Shown here piece by piece: positions 50,346 through 64,000 of a stretch of 64,000 nt of DNA. The stretch's first letter is position 1. The number at the start of each line of letters is the position of its first letter. The position numbers were made by a program, and so were the translations under genes. Below the pieces are notes generated by a model. It saw only the letters and a program-made list of their open reading frames with translations. It was not told where the DNA came from and did not search any database. The stretch is from Octopus sinensis (taxonomy: Eukaryota): assembly GCF_006345805.1 (NCBI RefSeq), contig NC_043009.1, positions 51,770,001-51,834,000 of the forward strand, in the 5' to 3' direction.

Positions 50346-51049
50346 ATATGGCTGCCAAATATTTAACAACTAATTTTGTTTCAACCGAAGTATTTTAAAA
50401 TTAGAATCGTTTATTTATTGCGTGAAGTAACTTCAAATAAAACTTTATTTCCTGGCATTGTAATGTATGTTTGTGTACCTCAGCATATACATATATTAAT
50501 GTGTGTGTGTGTTTGCGTATGAGTGCGTATTTATATGCGTACGCTGGTTGTCTGGTATTGTAGTAATATTGTCAGTACGAACATCGTCCATATTTTACAC
50601 TAATTTGTACGCTTTTGAATCTCTTCTCTTTATTTTATGCTTACCCAATGCGCAAAGAAATAGTCATAAAAATATTTATTTCTCTGCATTAATATTATAA
50701 TATAATGGCCGGTGTGTATTCGTTTGCAAATAAGTGTAGTCGAATGTCTTTACGATGTATAGACGATATGTTTATATAGTGAAACAGGTTAAGTGAAAAT
50801 AATTTTTTAAATGATATAGAAAAGTATGATTGTACAAAGTAAGTGTCTACACAAAGGGCAGTAATTACTGTTGTAATAGAGACGATGTCGTTGTATTCTG
50901 TCGGAATTAATGAAGCGAATAATAAAGAAATAATATGGAAAATAGCTTAAAAGTAAGTGTTAAGTTGTTTGTTGTGTGTCAACGAACGGGAATAGTTTTG
51001 AAGTACTAGTATACTATAAAATATCCTTTGTAATATAGGCACAAAGCCT

Positions 51050-51360
51050 GACAACAAGGTATGCGATAAGGAAGAAAGAAAAGTCGATAGATGTTAGCTT
51101 GGGTGGTTAAGCAGTTGTCGCTGAAAAAGGTGGTAGCTGTACCAACAATTGCTGGAACCCTGTGAACAGCGAGTAAAAATCTTGAGAAGTACATGGAAGA
51201 AATAGGGGTCAATAAGGATGGAGCACTTGCAGAAAACAGCACCGCCTGGAACCGTTTGAATATTCAGGATGGCGCTCGAAAAATAAGGGGTGTATCCTTA
51301 GTGAACAGCTGAAACCGTAGTACATTTCCAGCGATAGGGACTGTGCAAAAGACAATAATA
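51050..51360 (+). mobile_element. 3' stub of R4/Dong-like LINE subfamily 3
   Basis: DKEERKVDR...KKVVAVPTIAGTL...SKNLEKYMEEIG...EHLQKTA...LEK*, a distinct short 3' UTR, then a degenerate (TAA/TAG) tail. Confidence 0.75.
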
Positions 51361-52859
51361 GTAGTGGTAGTTATGTTAATGACGTTATTTTTTTTATTAT
51401 TCTACCTTGTCCAGCATTTGCATTTTGTTTTAAGAACCACATATTGAAGAAAAGCGTATGGATAAAATGAAAGAAAATTTCGAAGTTCATATATTACTAA
51501 ATCAATGAAATGAAGTTTAGCTGTACAAGTAAAATAGCATTATAAAGAATTACGTTTTCCATACAATATATTGTTGTAAAATATAAAATTCATAATGCAA
51601 AATCAATTCATTATATAAAAAATGTAAAGATACTGATGGCACTAATACAGACCTTTCCGCTCTGTACCCGTAAATTTTCTATTCATTATTTGCTTTCGTT
51701 ATAACGGTGCTATTATTAAGCCTGAACGGACGTGATCGCCCTGCTCTTCTCATATTTTTGTGCTACCACAATATATTTCACGAAAAAAGTGGTCTATGTT
51801 ATCTTATATTATCAAAGGAATCCTTCAAAAGTTTGTGTCCACAGAAAGAACTTAAAAAAAGACAAAAATAGAATGTGCACACAAAATAAAAAGACACAAA
51901 GGCAATCACTACGACTGTATTAGCTTAACGACAGTAAAATGAGATATAACCATCATTGAAAAGTATCCCTTATTTTGTCGTAGAAAATTGTTACGAATAC
52001 AAAATACCGCTATTCTGCACGCATTCATTCAATTTCCAGACATTGTTGCTTGTGAAGTTATGTCGAACAACATTTGTCGTGTGTATGCTAAATACATCAT
52101 CTAACTAAGACTATTGTGTAGATAGCCCCATGGTTTTATTTCTCTAGAGCAATTGGTTTCCTCTCAATGGTTTAAAGGTTGTGTGATATCAAGGCTGAAC
52201 GAACTAAGGATAAACACTTCCTTCTTTGCCACGTCCTCAACAACATTTTTTCCATCTCCATATTCCTTTCCTTTGTACTCTTTCCTTTTGCAATTTCGTT
52301 GTATCATTTAATTTCAATATTTATTTGTACTTCTTTTAACACATGCATTGCCTTAAAATCATTTAAATTGATATTCTCTACTGAACTCCACACTCTCTGC
52401 CACTTTTTTTTCTTTTCTATTGAACTCCATACTTCTAAATTTATAACACTTAGTCGCTTATAAATCTACTAAAAGTGATAACTGACACAGTTGGGGGAGA
52501 TTTGAAAACATCGATATATATTTTAAGTACTCTGATGTGAACTAATAATATATGACCAGGGAATTATCTGTATACAGTACTACAACGTGAACAACCATTT
52601 GTAGGTTTTAGATTTTATAGTCATTGAATTTCCCTGACATCGCTTCAAGTAGTCCTTCATGATTGCACAAAAACTAAATGAAGATCAAAGTTAGAATTCT
52701 TTTAATCATAGAGGTTCTCGGTTAGACTTGACCTACAGTTAAATAACACCATTGACAATTTCGTCGTTCTCCTCTTCATCATCATCAAAAATTGCTTCTA
52801 CGGTCCCCTTTCTCTTTCACTTCATCTTCCTCCTTCTTATCACCATCATATCACCTCCA

Positions 52860-52926
52860 CGACCATCTTCACGATCACCGCCAGCACCACCATCATCACC
52901 AGCACTACCACCACCACCACCACCAC

Positions 52927-52976
<50 letters not shown>

Positions 52977-52995
52977 CCACCAACGACAACAATAA
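52860..52995. repeat. (CAC)n/(CAT)n microsatellite
   Basis: Direct observation. Confidence 0.95.
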
Positions 52996-53639
52996 TAAAA
53001 ATTAAAATGACTCGATGCTTAATGCAGTGCATTGTTTTTTTTTTATTGTTGCTGTATAATTTACACTAATACACTTGCTTTCATAAACGGTCGTAGATTC
53101 AGTATCGCATTTTTCAATCAGGTTCAAATTACTCTTTCTCACTTAATAGCAATAGCAATTTTGAAACTGAATTATAAAACATTTTCTTGTTCTCTAAACT
53201 TATGTTGAACCGTGCTTAATTTTGCCTATATAGCCATTCCTTGCAGTACCGCAATACACTTCTTACAAAAATGTTCTTGGTGTTTGCGTTGGCGTTGTGT
53301 TTTGTATTTGTTGATGTTACCATTCTTTCTACGGATGCTGCTACTCCAGAGAAAAAAATCATCTCGCCCATTAATCACATTGTTTTAATTTTTAAGAGTG
53401 TAAAACGCTATAAGGTCACTGTGTCCTTTCTTTTCACAATGCATAAGAATGTAATATGATAAAAGTATAGTTTTTATTTCTAGTGGGTCTATCAGCCACA
53501 TTGCTTCGTCCACATTATATTGTGGCCTCAATTCTGATTTGATCGCAAAAATGTGAACTCAAGCTGCTCCAAATTTGAACATCTTTTGTGGCGTAGGGTA
53601 GATTTTGGTCACACTGCCCTGTGTAGTAGTTAAACCGAC

Positions 53640-53680
53640 CGTCGAAGTTATGCTACGTCTAACGTAACATAACTTCGACG
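53640..53680. repeat. 41-nt hairpin (18-bp stem, 5-nt loop)
   Basis: CGTCGAAGTTATGCTACG-TCTAA-CGTAACATAACTTCGACG; the single C-A mismatch becomes G-U on the minus strand. Confidence 0.9.
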
Positions 53681-55139
53681 TATATTTACCACAATAAACA
53701 CAGTTTTACCCTTTACGTGATGCACAACTCTCGCACACCTCTCATGGTTCGCTCAATTTGTATTATCTGGAATGCATTGTCTAATTGCTACCGCCTCTGT
53801 TTTATTAGGCTACTTTTATAATTCAGGGTCTGCTTCAGATGCTGTTGTTAGCACTTTTCCCACATCAAGAACGATCTTCTCATGATTGCTTGGAAGGCAC
53901 TGCGAATTTGCTATTTTTGACGTTAAAAAGATGAGAATTCTCCTATTGTGTGTCCACTACGTTATTTTGTATATTCACTCACGTCAAATTTAAATCGTAC
54001 TATTCGCTATCAACGTAAAGAAAGAAAAAAGAAAGCAAATACCATGAAAGACACAGATTTTATGCAAGGAAATATTCCTTCTGCTTTGTAAAGATTTTTA
54101 AATAACAATATAGTAATTATCCTTCGTTATGTCTAGATGTTATCGTCCTATTTCATCTCGTCTGTTATATTAAGAAATTGTGTTATAACCACATGGTAGA
54201 TTCCTTGCCTCGTCATGGAAGACGTTCCTGTGAAACAGGCGACGAAAAACTATGCAAACAGGCAAAGAAAGAAAGAAGGCAAAAGCCAAAAAAAAAAAGA
54301 AAAGATGCAAGGAAAAAATGTATAAAATAAAAGCTTTAAATATAGCGAAACCTTAAGTTACAGACAGATATCATGTTTGTTTCTTCGCAACAAATCTATT
54401 CAATTATAAGATCTTACTCAATTTTCTGTCTTGTCTTTCATTTTCCTTAATTATATTTTATTGTATTCAATTTTGTTTACAGACTCTTTCATACACATAC
54501 ATATAGATTAACCGGTATGTGCCCATATGTAGTCAAGTTTTATTTTATACACACACACTCACACACACATATACAGAGAGAGAGAAAGAGAGAGAGAAAG
54601 AGAGAGACGGATATATAGATTTGCGTGTGTGTATGTATGTATGTATATCTATAAGTAATAATGTAATGTTAATGTAAACTTCTTAACAATGTCTTCATGT
54701 CATACTTAATATTTTCTCTCCCATACACCCAACATCTAGATCTAGCAGACTAAAACAAAAACTCCACCACACACACACACAAACGAAATATAACAAAACA
54801 AAAACAATTATAAACAAATTGAAGATAAACCCAACAAAAAAAAAATTACAATAATTTAAAAAAATACAAATAGCTGCTTATTATAATAACAAAATTGTAA
54901 ATACCAAAATGTCTGCTTTTTATTTTCCTTTTTGTAATATTTGTAGCGTTTTTATCTATTTTCTCATTTTCAAACATCAAAATTTGATGAAAATTATAAC
55001 GACATAGATAAAACAAACAGACAATGTAATCACGTAAGCTAATATTGTCTTTCATTATTTGTGAATATCTAGATTTCCCTTTGTTTTGGTATCTTCCATA
55101 TCTGTGTATAGACACACACATATATAATGTAGTATGTAC

Positions 55140-55221
55140 TTGTCTGCGTATGTATATATATACATATAAACACACACACATATATATATATATATATGTA
55201 TATACATATGCTATATATACA

Positions 55222-55290
<69 letters not shown>

Positions 55291-55585
55291 ATATATATGT
55301 TATATATAAATGATTGATACACATATAGATATATGTATATTTATATCCGTTTGCATATATGTATATATATGTGTGTGTGTGTGTTAATATATAGGTATAT
55401 ATATAAGAATGTATTTATCTATGTCTCCGTCTGTATGAGTATATATATATATATATATATATATAGATAACTTTCTTTTATAGCCACACAGGGCTGAATA
55501 CAGAGGGGACAAATACAATGCAGAGCTTTTCTTTTCGAGGGTGGAAAAAAAAAAAAATGTAAGGTTGCGATCAAAAGGGATATAT

Positions 55586-55644
<59 letters not shown>

Positions 55645-55782
55645 TACTTACACTTGTATATTCACACACACACACACACTTATTTTTGTCTTCCATGATT
55701 TAGGGGCAATGTGTAATTAAACCAGAAATTAGAATCTATTCTTTTTCTCCTCCTCCCCTTCTCTCTCTTCTTCTTCTTCTTC

Positions 55783-55845
<63 letters not shown>

Positions 55846-55853
55846 TATTATTA

Positions 55854-55925
<72 letters not shown>
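55140..55925. repeat. (TA)n, (GATA)n, (CTT)n and (ATT)n microsatellite cluster
   Basis: Direct observation. Confidence 0.9.
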
Positions 55926-55927
<2 letters not shown>

Positions 55928-56266
55928 TTTACTAATAGTATTTTGGAGACTCACGAAACGTTCTCACAAGTAATTAAAAATCCGATGATGCATCGGATTT
56001 CAAATCACTTCGTCTGTGTTGAAGTTTCACCAGTAATTACCTAAAACTATACCTCTTAAGACGATACCTGCATCCATATATCTGTAAGTCTGTCTGAGCA
56101 TGTATTTCAACATTGCATAATTAGAACATAATGAAGAATGAACTTTCCAGGGCATTCTGACTATAGGACATTTCACTGGAATGAATCCGAGCAAAATATT
56201 TGTACTTATGTAATAATTGAAATTATACCATAGGTATTAATGAAGTGTAGGTATTAAAGCATTAAC

Positions 56267-56615
56267 TATTTGCCGAACCGCTGATGTTACGGGAACATAA
56301 GCGGACCAATCTGAACTTTCAAGCTGTGTTGGTTGGGGCAAACACAAAGACACACACATATAAATACATACATGCATACATACACATACATTCATAAGGC
56401 AGTAGCCCAGCATTGCTGAAGTCCAATGACAGATAAAAAGTAAAAGATGTATAGGACGGGCTTCTTACAATTTCAGTTAATTAGTTCCACTCACAAGTAT
56501 TTGTTAGGCCTGGGTCTATTTTAGAAGAGAGTTGTCGATGATGCCACATAGTAGGACTCAACCTGGTGCTATACTGCTGGGTAGCAATATTCTTACCATA
56601 CAGCCAAGCATGCCT
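56267..56615 (-). mobile_element. Old SINE-B with an opposite-strand SINE-B tail in its central microsatellite
   Basis: Minus-strand SINE-B halves; plus-strand aaggcagtagcccagcattgctgaagtccaatgacagataaaaagtaaaag at 56396-56447. Confidence 0.7.
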
Positions 56616-58100
56616 CTATCAAAATAAAATTTATTTAAAGGAAATAATTAACTCACAAAAATGCAAATTAATTGTCTTATACAAAATCTTATATAAATAG
56701 TTTATAACTATCATTTTCTAAATTTTATTAGGATATAGTTAAAATATAGTTATAATGTCGTTTACTAAATATCTCTATGATTACTTTTAAATATTATCGT
56801 TCCTTTATCAATTAATCATTATCTGCCTCATTCACTGAATGTGGTGCGAGCGGTGAGTTTTCAAGAGTTTTGTGATATGATGTGTCAACAAATAAAATCG
56901 AAAATCAGCATCGTAAGATTTATCTTTCTCTCACCATCTCTCTCTCTTAAAATCCCTCTCTCGCCCACTCTCCCTCACTCTCTCTCTATTTATTAATTTA
57001 TTTATTGATCTATCTATCCATATATCGATTGATCAATCTACTACTTACTTAAGTACCTACATATCTACATGTATATCAGTATATGTGTGTGTCTATTTAC
57101 GTGCACGTCTGTGTAAGCGAGGGAGTTTTCCTGCATGCGTGTGCGTGTGTGTGTGTGTGTGCGTAGGCGTGTACGTGTATCTCTGAAGTATACGGTATAG
57201 TGGAAAGCCTCCGTGCATTTCTCTACGAATATCAGAGCGGAGCTCTGCACCTTCATTCAAGCAATACAATTTTAGATGTATAGATAAATACGGGAATATT
57301 AGTTAACATACAACTTAAGTCCTTTATTTATTGCGACGTTCTTGACATCTGTTGGACGTAGGATATATACCAAATGGCAATTAAGACCAGCCCCACATGT
57401 GAAGAGAAAATAATGTCACGATTCAATGAGTCTCGAAATTTGACATGCCATTGAGGAAGAAGAGAGGTTATTGTCTTCATACAAGAAAAACGTTGCCGAC
57501 ACGTTTTTCTGGTTCAATAGCCGTCTTCAGCACAACAATTGTCTAATCCTATCTCCAGTAGGCACGAAACATAGACTTATGCGCAAAAGAGTAAAAAATA
57601 TCTAGGGTCTAGGTAATTTGCGTAATATCGGTTGTACTATGTTTGAGTGGTCAGCTACGGTCATTGACAAGATAAGCGCAACGTGTTATCAGGCTTGTAT
57701 TCTGAAAGTAATTTACGTATGTGACAAATTATGTCAGGTGGGAGCTTCGATGTTCTTTTTATACCGACGAATTTAAGACGTTTTAGACACAGCTCATTTT
57801 AACGACTTAGAAACACAATATAATATAATTCGTCGTTTACCATACACAGAATACATTGCGCCTGCTCATTTTTACTTCACGAATTTTACAATCCTTTAGC
57901 TTGAAGACAGGTTAGAAAAAACAGGCAACTTAGATTCATCTTCCCAGATATGATTTCAATGGGCGTGTTTCTATATGTATAGTCCTGGACGTATGGTCTT
58001 CTTCTCTGTGAGCATCAGATAGTGAATGCCAGTATTATCAGTGGCTGTTATAATATCTCTGTTCAGTATCCGCGCTTTTTTTTTTTGAGACGTTTTACAG

Positions 58101-58216
58101 ATTCCAGTAACTCACATGAAACTGAGCAGATGAAACAGGATAAAAATCAAAAGAGAATGTAAGTTAAGAAATAATGGAATACATTACAGAAACAATCTAA
58201 ACTTTTCGGAAGCAAG
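58101..58216 (+). other. Candidate exon with two alternative donors (58158 and 58216)
   Basis: Poly-T tract and ttttacag| acceptor; donors AT|GTAAGT and AAG|GTGAGT. The 58-nt form is open in phase 1 to 2; the 116-nt form has stops in all frames. Confidence 0.4.
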
Positions 58217-58259
58217 GTGAGTAAAAACATTCATCTACATAACCTTGCGAATATGCATA

Positions 58260-59565
<1,306 letters not shown>

Positions 59566-59879
59566 TATGTTACATTTTATGTGGAAGTGTTCTTCTTTGT
59601 GTCTATATTGATATTTTCGCATTTATGTGTTGCGCTTCAGTGTGGAGAATATTATTGCCATGTCAACCATTCTTTCCTCATCTTCTCAACAGCGAAATGC
59701 CACTATCACCCGTTCCTTCACAAGATGAAACCAGACGGTTTTGAAAAAAAATATATTGTAGTTAAACGCGTTACTTTTCCGAACTAAAATATATCTGTCT
59801 AATTGAAGGTATATGAAAATATTAATTAAGAATAAGAGGCGAAGGACCAGGAACTAAAGTAGAAATACAATACATAATT

Positions 59880-60074
59880 CTTTCTAACTGATTTTTGCGC
59901 AAGGGCAAGTTTGATGGAGAATTAGAATACTGAACTGGCATATAATTTAGCTATCTGGAAATTATGAAAAGTAAATTCGACGTCAGTCGAATTTGAACTG
60001 GGAGCATAATCAGTCGGAAGGTATACCAAGGAGTATTTTATCCGACACTCTAGCAATTCTGCCACATCACCGCT
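59880..60074 (-). mobile_element. Degenerate SINE-A
   Basis: gtcgaatttgaactg and gcaattctgccacatcaccgct. Confidence 0.6.
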
Positions 60075-60718
60075 AATGAGAGCTACAATACATGATAGCA
60101 GAAATTATTTCCAAATTTGAAGCTGGCGAACTAAGTAACGTGGGTTATATTGAAATTGTAACCCTGAGCACAGGAGTTAGCTCCATTCCCAATGAAGCAT
60201 TACAGAATAAGGATTTTTTTTTATTTCAAAGAATAAAACATATTTGCATATTATCGATAACGAGATAGTAATGGAATGTATAGTTTTGAAACTGTATATT
60301 AATAGGTTAAGATAACAGATTTATTGTGTACTCTGTATATTAGATGTTATTATGATAAAGTATATTCATAAATATGAATGTTTATTTTCATGTGCTTAAA
60401 GAATGATATAAAAGTGAAATTGAGAAATTTTGTTCGGCCATAAAAAATTGTAATACAGTGTAATGAAAAGTCTTGTAGAGCAAAAGATGTTTCGAGATGA
60501 ATCATAATATATTACACAAATCTACTTGTGTAATAGATATATATCTATAACAAGTATAGAATATTCGTGAGATATTCTTTGTGTTGGATAGCTTTCTGAG
60601 GGCATGTTTATGATCTATAGTGTCTGTGTGGTTTTGTGATATTTTTGCCAAGGTTCATGCGGAATGTTTATTGACTCTATAGATCTTTGCTTAAAGCTTG
60701 GTATTATTTAATTCGACA

Positions 60719-60973
60719 TAGGCGGAGACGTGGTTGTGTGGTAACGACGTTTTCTTCCTAGCGACACGGTCCTGGGTTCAGTCCCACTTCATAGCATATT
60801 GAACAAGTGTCTTCTGCAGTAGCCGTGGGCTGACTAAATTCTTGTGAATGAATTTGGCACACAGTACTGAAAGAAGGCAATGGTATATATATATATACAC
60901 GATAAGCTTCTTTCACACCACCACCGGTTTTCAAGTGGTGTTGGGACAAATGAAGACATAAAGATTCGCATTC

Positions 60974-61013
<40 letters not shown>

Positions 61014-61328
61014 AAATGAACAGAATATGGAGAAAACTTTTGATCAACAAACAAATTGACTACCATCGGTTAACTATTACTTGAACATTGCTTACAGCCG
61101 TTTGTACTGCCAATGTCGAGTCTTTGTGTCTGTGTTTCTCCCAAAACTACCCGAAAACCGATGTCGGTGCGTTAAGTCACCAAGAACTTAACGGTTCCGG
61201 AAAAAGGACCAATAGAATAAGTACCAAGCTTTAAAAGGAATGTATTTAGTCGACTCATTCGACTGAATGTTCTTCCTGGAGGTGTCCCAGCATTGCCGCA
61301 GTCTAATTTCTGAAATAAGTAAAGAAAA
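60719..61328 (+). mobile_element. Old SINE-B with inverted fragment and foreign DNA at its microsatellite
   Basis: Head with ggttcagtccc; minus-strand SINE-B middle at ~60915-60960; 3' half at 61124-61328. Confidence 0.72.
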
Positions 61329-62404
61329 TGGTTCATGGTGTGTTATTTGTAGATATTTCGTTTTAGTTGTCGTTTTAGTTTCTAGCAACGAATTATCATT
61401 TCTTTTACGAGGCTTTCGAGAAGCTTAGTTGTGTTACTAACAACGTAGTTTAAACAAGCTGGAGGTTAAAGTCCTGAGTCCTTTAAATAAATAATTAGTA
61501 GCTAATGGATTTTAGTACACCGATGTTGAGTAGTAAATAATTTTCACTATTGAATTTTGTTTAAGAGGAGTAATGTAATTATTAATAGGCGTATACAAGT
61601 TAGGCACCTTACTTTTGGAAATTTTTGACTAGAGTTTGTAGGATCAGTATAAAGAAACTAGTATACCAGGCTTATATCTAAAGTTATAAGAGGAATACAC
61701 TATACATGCCGCTTATGCTACTGAGTTTTTACGACCTTAGAAATTGTAGATTCATAATCAGTTTCATTGTGAATATAATCAGTTTCTCTATTGTAACAGA
61801 TTGTGATAAATTACAACGGATAGTATTAAAATACAATCAGTTATTTATTACTTTGTATCACGAGATCGAAATATCCGCACACTTTTCCCTATATCAATGT
61901 CTATGAAAGTTTTGCTTTGGTAGTTATATATATAAATATCGTGAGATATAGCCCAGGGTAAAATATTGATATATTTACTATATTTAGTAATATGGTTTAG
62001 TATTACGGCAAGACCTAAGTTGTTGTGACTTGGAGACTTCCAGATTCAAATAGCCGAGTAGCCTTGTTAGCTTCAACAGTGATACTGGCAGAGTCTCACG
62101 GCATGGAATTCCAAGGCCTACCAAAGCTAATGGACCAATTTCATCCCGGGATTGGTGAAAAATATCAGAATGACTGCAGAAGTATACACATTCACACACT
62201 CACATACGCACACATACACAAGCACTCACATGCACGCACACACAGATAATAAACTAAACATACGACAAGAGGACGTCCACAAGGAATGTATTAGTTTGAT
62301 GCTCGGTAAAAAGAGAGAGTTTGAAGTTTCGAGCATAGCTCTTCGTCGGAAACGAAGAAAAGAAGAATTCCAAAGTTACATTGATATATATATATTTTAT
62401 TTAA

Positions 62405-62634
62405 CTCTTAATTTTTTTACTAGTTTCAGTCATTTGAGTTCCGTCATGCTGGAGCACCTCCCTCAAGAATTATATATATATACGTGTGGCTGTTTTCAGT
62501 TTGTGTATCAAATCCATTCAGAAGACTTTGTTCTGTCCGAGGCTTTAGTACAAAACACTTGTCGAAGGTGGCATGCAGCGGGATGACGTGGTTGGGAAGC
62601 AAGCTTCTTACCACACAGCCACACCTGCGCTTAT
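62405..62634 (-). mobile_element. SINE-B with most of the 3' half deleted at the microsatellite
   Basis: Tail catgctggagcacc joined via a TA run to the 5' half; head ATAAGCGCAGGTGTGGCTGTGTGGTAAGAAGCTTGCTTCCCAACC. Confidence 0.8.
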
Positions 62635-62647
62635 GCTTGGGTACATT

Positions 62648-62694
<47 letters not shown>

Positions 62695-63564
62695 CTCCAA
62701 CAATAATAAATAAAACATTCTCTAGACCACCTCTCCATCAAAAATTCACCCTACAACTTAATTGCCTCTCCACTCAAACGTATACATAGTGTAGGAATTA
62801 TTTATCTCAACAATGACGCTATAGAGCTATGTTGGCCAAAACTTTGAATAATATTTTTAAGAACAATAAATTTGTATAGAGTAACCCTTCAGATAAAATA
62901 AAGTTTTTTTCATATACCTGAAAATAAAAACAAATATTAATAACTATAGACACATATGTAGACACACACACATATGTATATAAATATATATATATATGTA
63001 TATACACATAGCTAGATAGATAGATAGACAGACGGACAGAAATAGATAGATAGATAAATAGATAAATATATAGATAGATAGAGAGATAGATGCATATATG
63101 CCCAGCGAGTGAAGACCTTTTTTATTTTATCTAGATATACATGTACTTGTACGTTTTACATACTACAGACACATAAATGCACGAAAATGCCCACATGCAG
63201 AAACATATCCCCACGCACAGGCACACACACATATATATTTATACACGCACACGTACACACATAGATAAATTTAGGTGTTTGCGCGTGTGTATGTATGTGT
63301 GCGTGTGCGTGTGTGTGCCTATAATATTGAAGGTTTATCCAAGAAATTCGATAGCGCAATGGACTGTGCAAAAGGTTTATCTCTGTCGATTCCGAAGTAG
63401 TATATAATAAGTTTGTGTGAAAGCGATTATCGACAAGCGTGGAGAGGATAAATTTCGATTGAAATGAAGTGTTAAATGTTAGTTGCTTAAATTTACTTAT
63501 TCTGGCTCGAATAAATAGCTGTTTGTCGTGACTGGTGAGAGATTGAATTTCATTTGGTGAACAG

Positions 63565-63631
63565 AAATATAAAGAAAAACAGAAGACACTGTGAAAGTAT
63601 GGACGATGGGTGTAACGGAGGGGAAGAAGCA
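63565..63631 (+). other. Candidate 67-nt exon
   Basis: Weak acceptor tttcatttggtgaacag|, donor GCA|GTAAGC; open in phase 2 to 0 (NIKKNRRHCESMDDGCNGGEEA). Confidence 0.3.
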
Positions 63632-64000
63632 GTAAGCATGTGTGTTGCCGTGATGTTGTTCTCCCACCTGATGTGATGTATACCGAATTTTCTCAAACTT
63701 TCGATGGTAATAGTCTGTGAAATCGGCCAGTAATTTGGTGGTTTGCAATTCCAAGATAAAATATACGTATATATACACATGCGCTCACACGCAAACACAT
63801 AAGCCATAACGACGTGTGGATTCTCATTCACACATACACATCTAAAACACAAGTACGGATACATACAAAAATAAATAGTCATATATGCAAAGACATACCT
63901 TTATACATCTATGTTTGAGAGTCTGTCTATATGTTTGGCTGGGCGAATATTTGTGCGTGAATGTACGTGCGGACGCTGTTATATTGTAGTGCTTTGTCAT

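Noticed and set aside
53643-53677. CGAAGTTAT...ATAACTTCG resembling loxP half-site ends
   Set aside because: The halves are in the wrong order, only 9 bp match and the spacer is wrong; not a lox site or vector contamination.
59641-59750. Acceptor gcgcttcag| followed by sequence open for ~30 codons in all three frames
   Set aside because: No convincing donor and no recognisable protein; cannot be placed.
63599-63625. DDGCNGG resembling the papain-family GCNGG motif
   Set aside because: The preceding SEQxLVDC context is missing, so a cathepsin call is unsupported.

Overview
AT-rich, microsatellite-saturated eukaryotic (metazoan) DNA. Its repeat complement resembles an Octopus genome as I recall those repeats; this is inference and was not checked against a database. 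No complete protein-coding gene is recognisable, and most ORFs in the supplied track are microsatellite artefacts. The window is a mosaic of mobile DNA: two abundant tRNA-type SINE families (here SINE-A and SINE-B); a ~540-bp non-coding element (element C) embedded in (AAT)n; R4/Dong-like RLE LINE remnants of three subfamilies, one a 2.25-kb 5'-truncated copy; a CR1/L2-like 3' end; Penelope-like fragments; a decayed Helitron helicase; an intact 796-bp non-autonomous Helitron; Tc1 and pogo transposase remnants; two fold-back MITEs; and a 5S rRNA pseudogene. The most interesting signals are: (1) an ORF1-only (CCHC knuckle, no ORF2) LINE-like element and a probable LINE 5' end whose junctions bracket the same 8-14 bp of the SINE-B tRNA head, suggesting a SINE-targeting retroelement; (2) SINE-B shares its 3' tail with the CR1-like LINE, a candidate SINE-LINE partner pair; (3) a guild of elements stacked inside (TAA)n microsatellites; (4) SINE-B's central microsatellite acts as a hinge for insertions and chimeras; (5) phase-compatible plus-strand exon candidates that may belong to a large host gene. 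Element boundaries are read by eye and approximate unless stated as exact.
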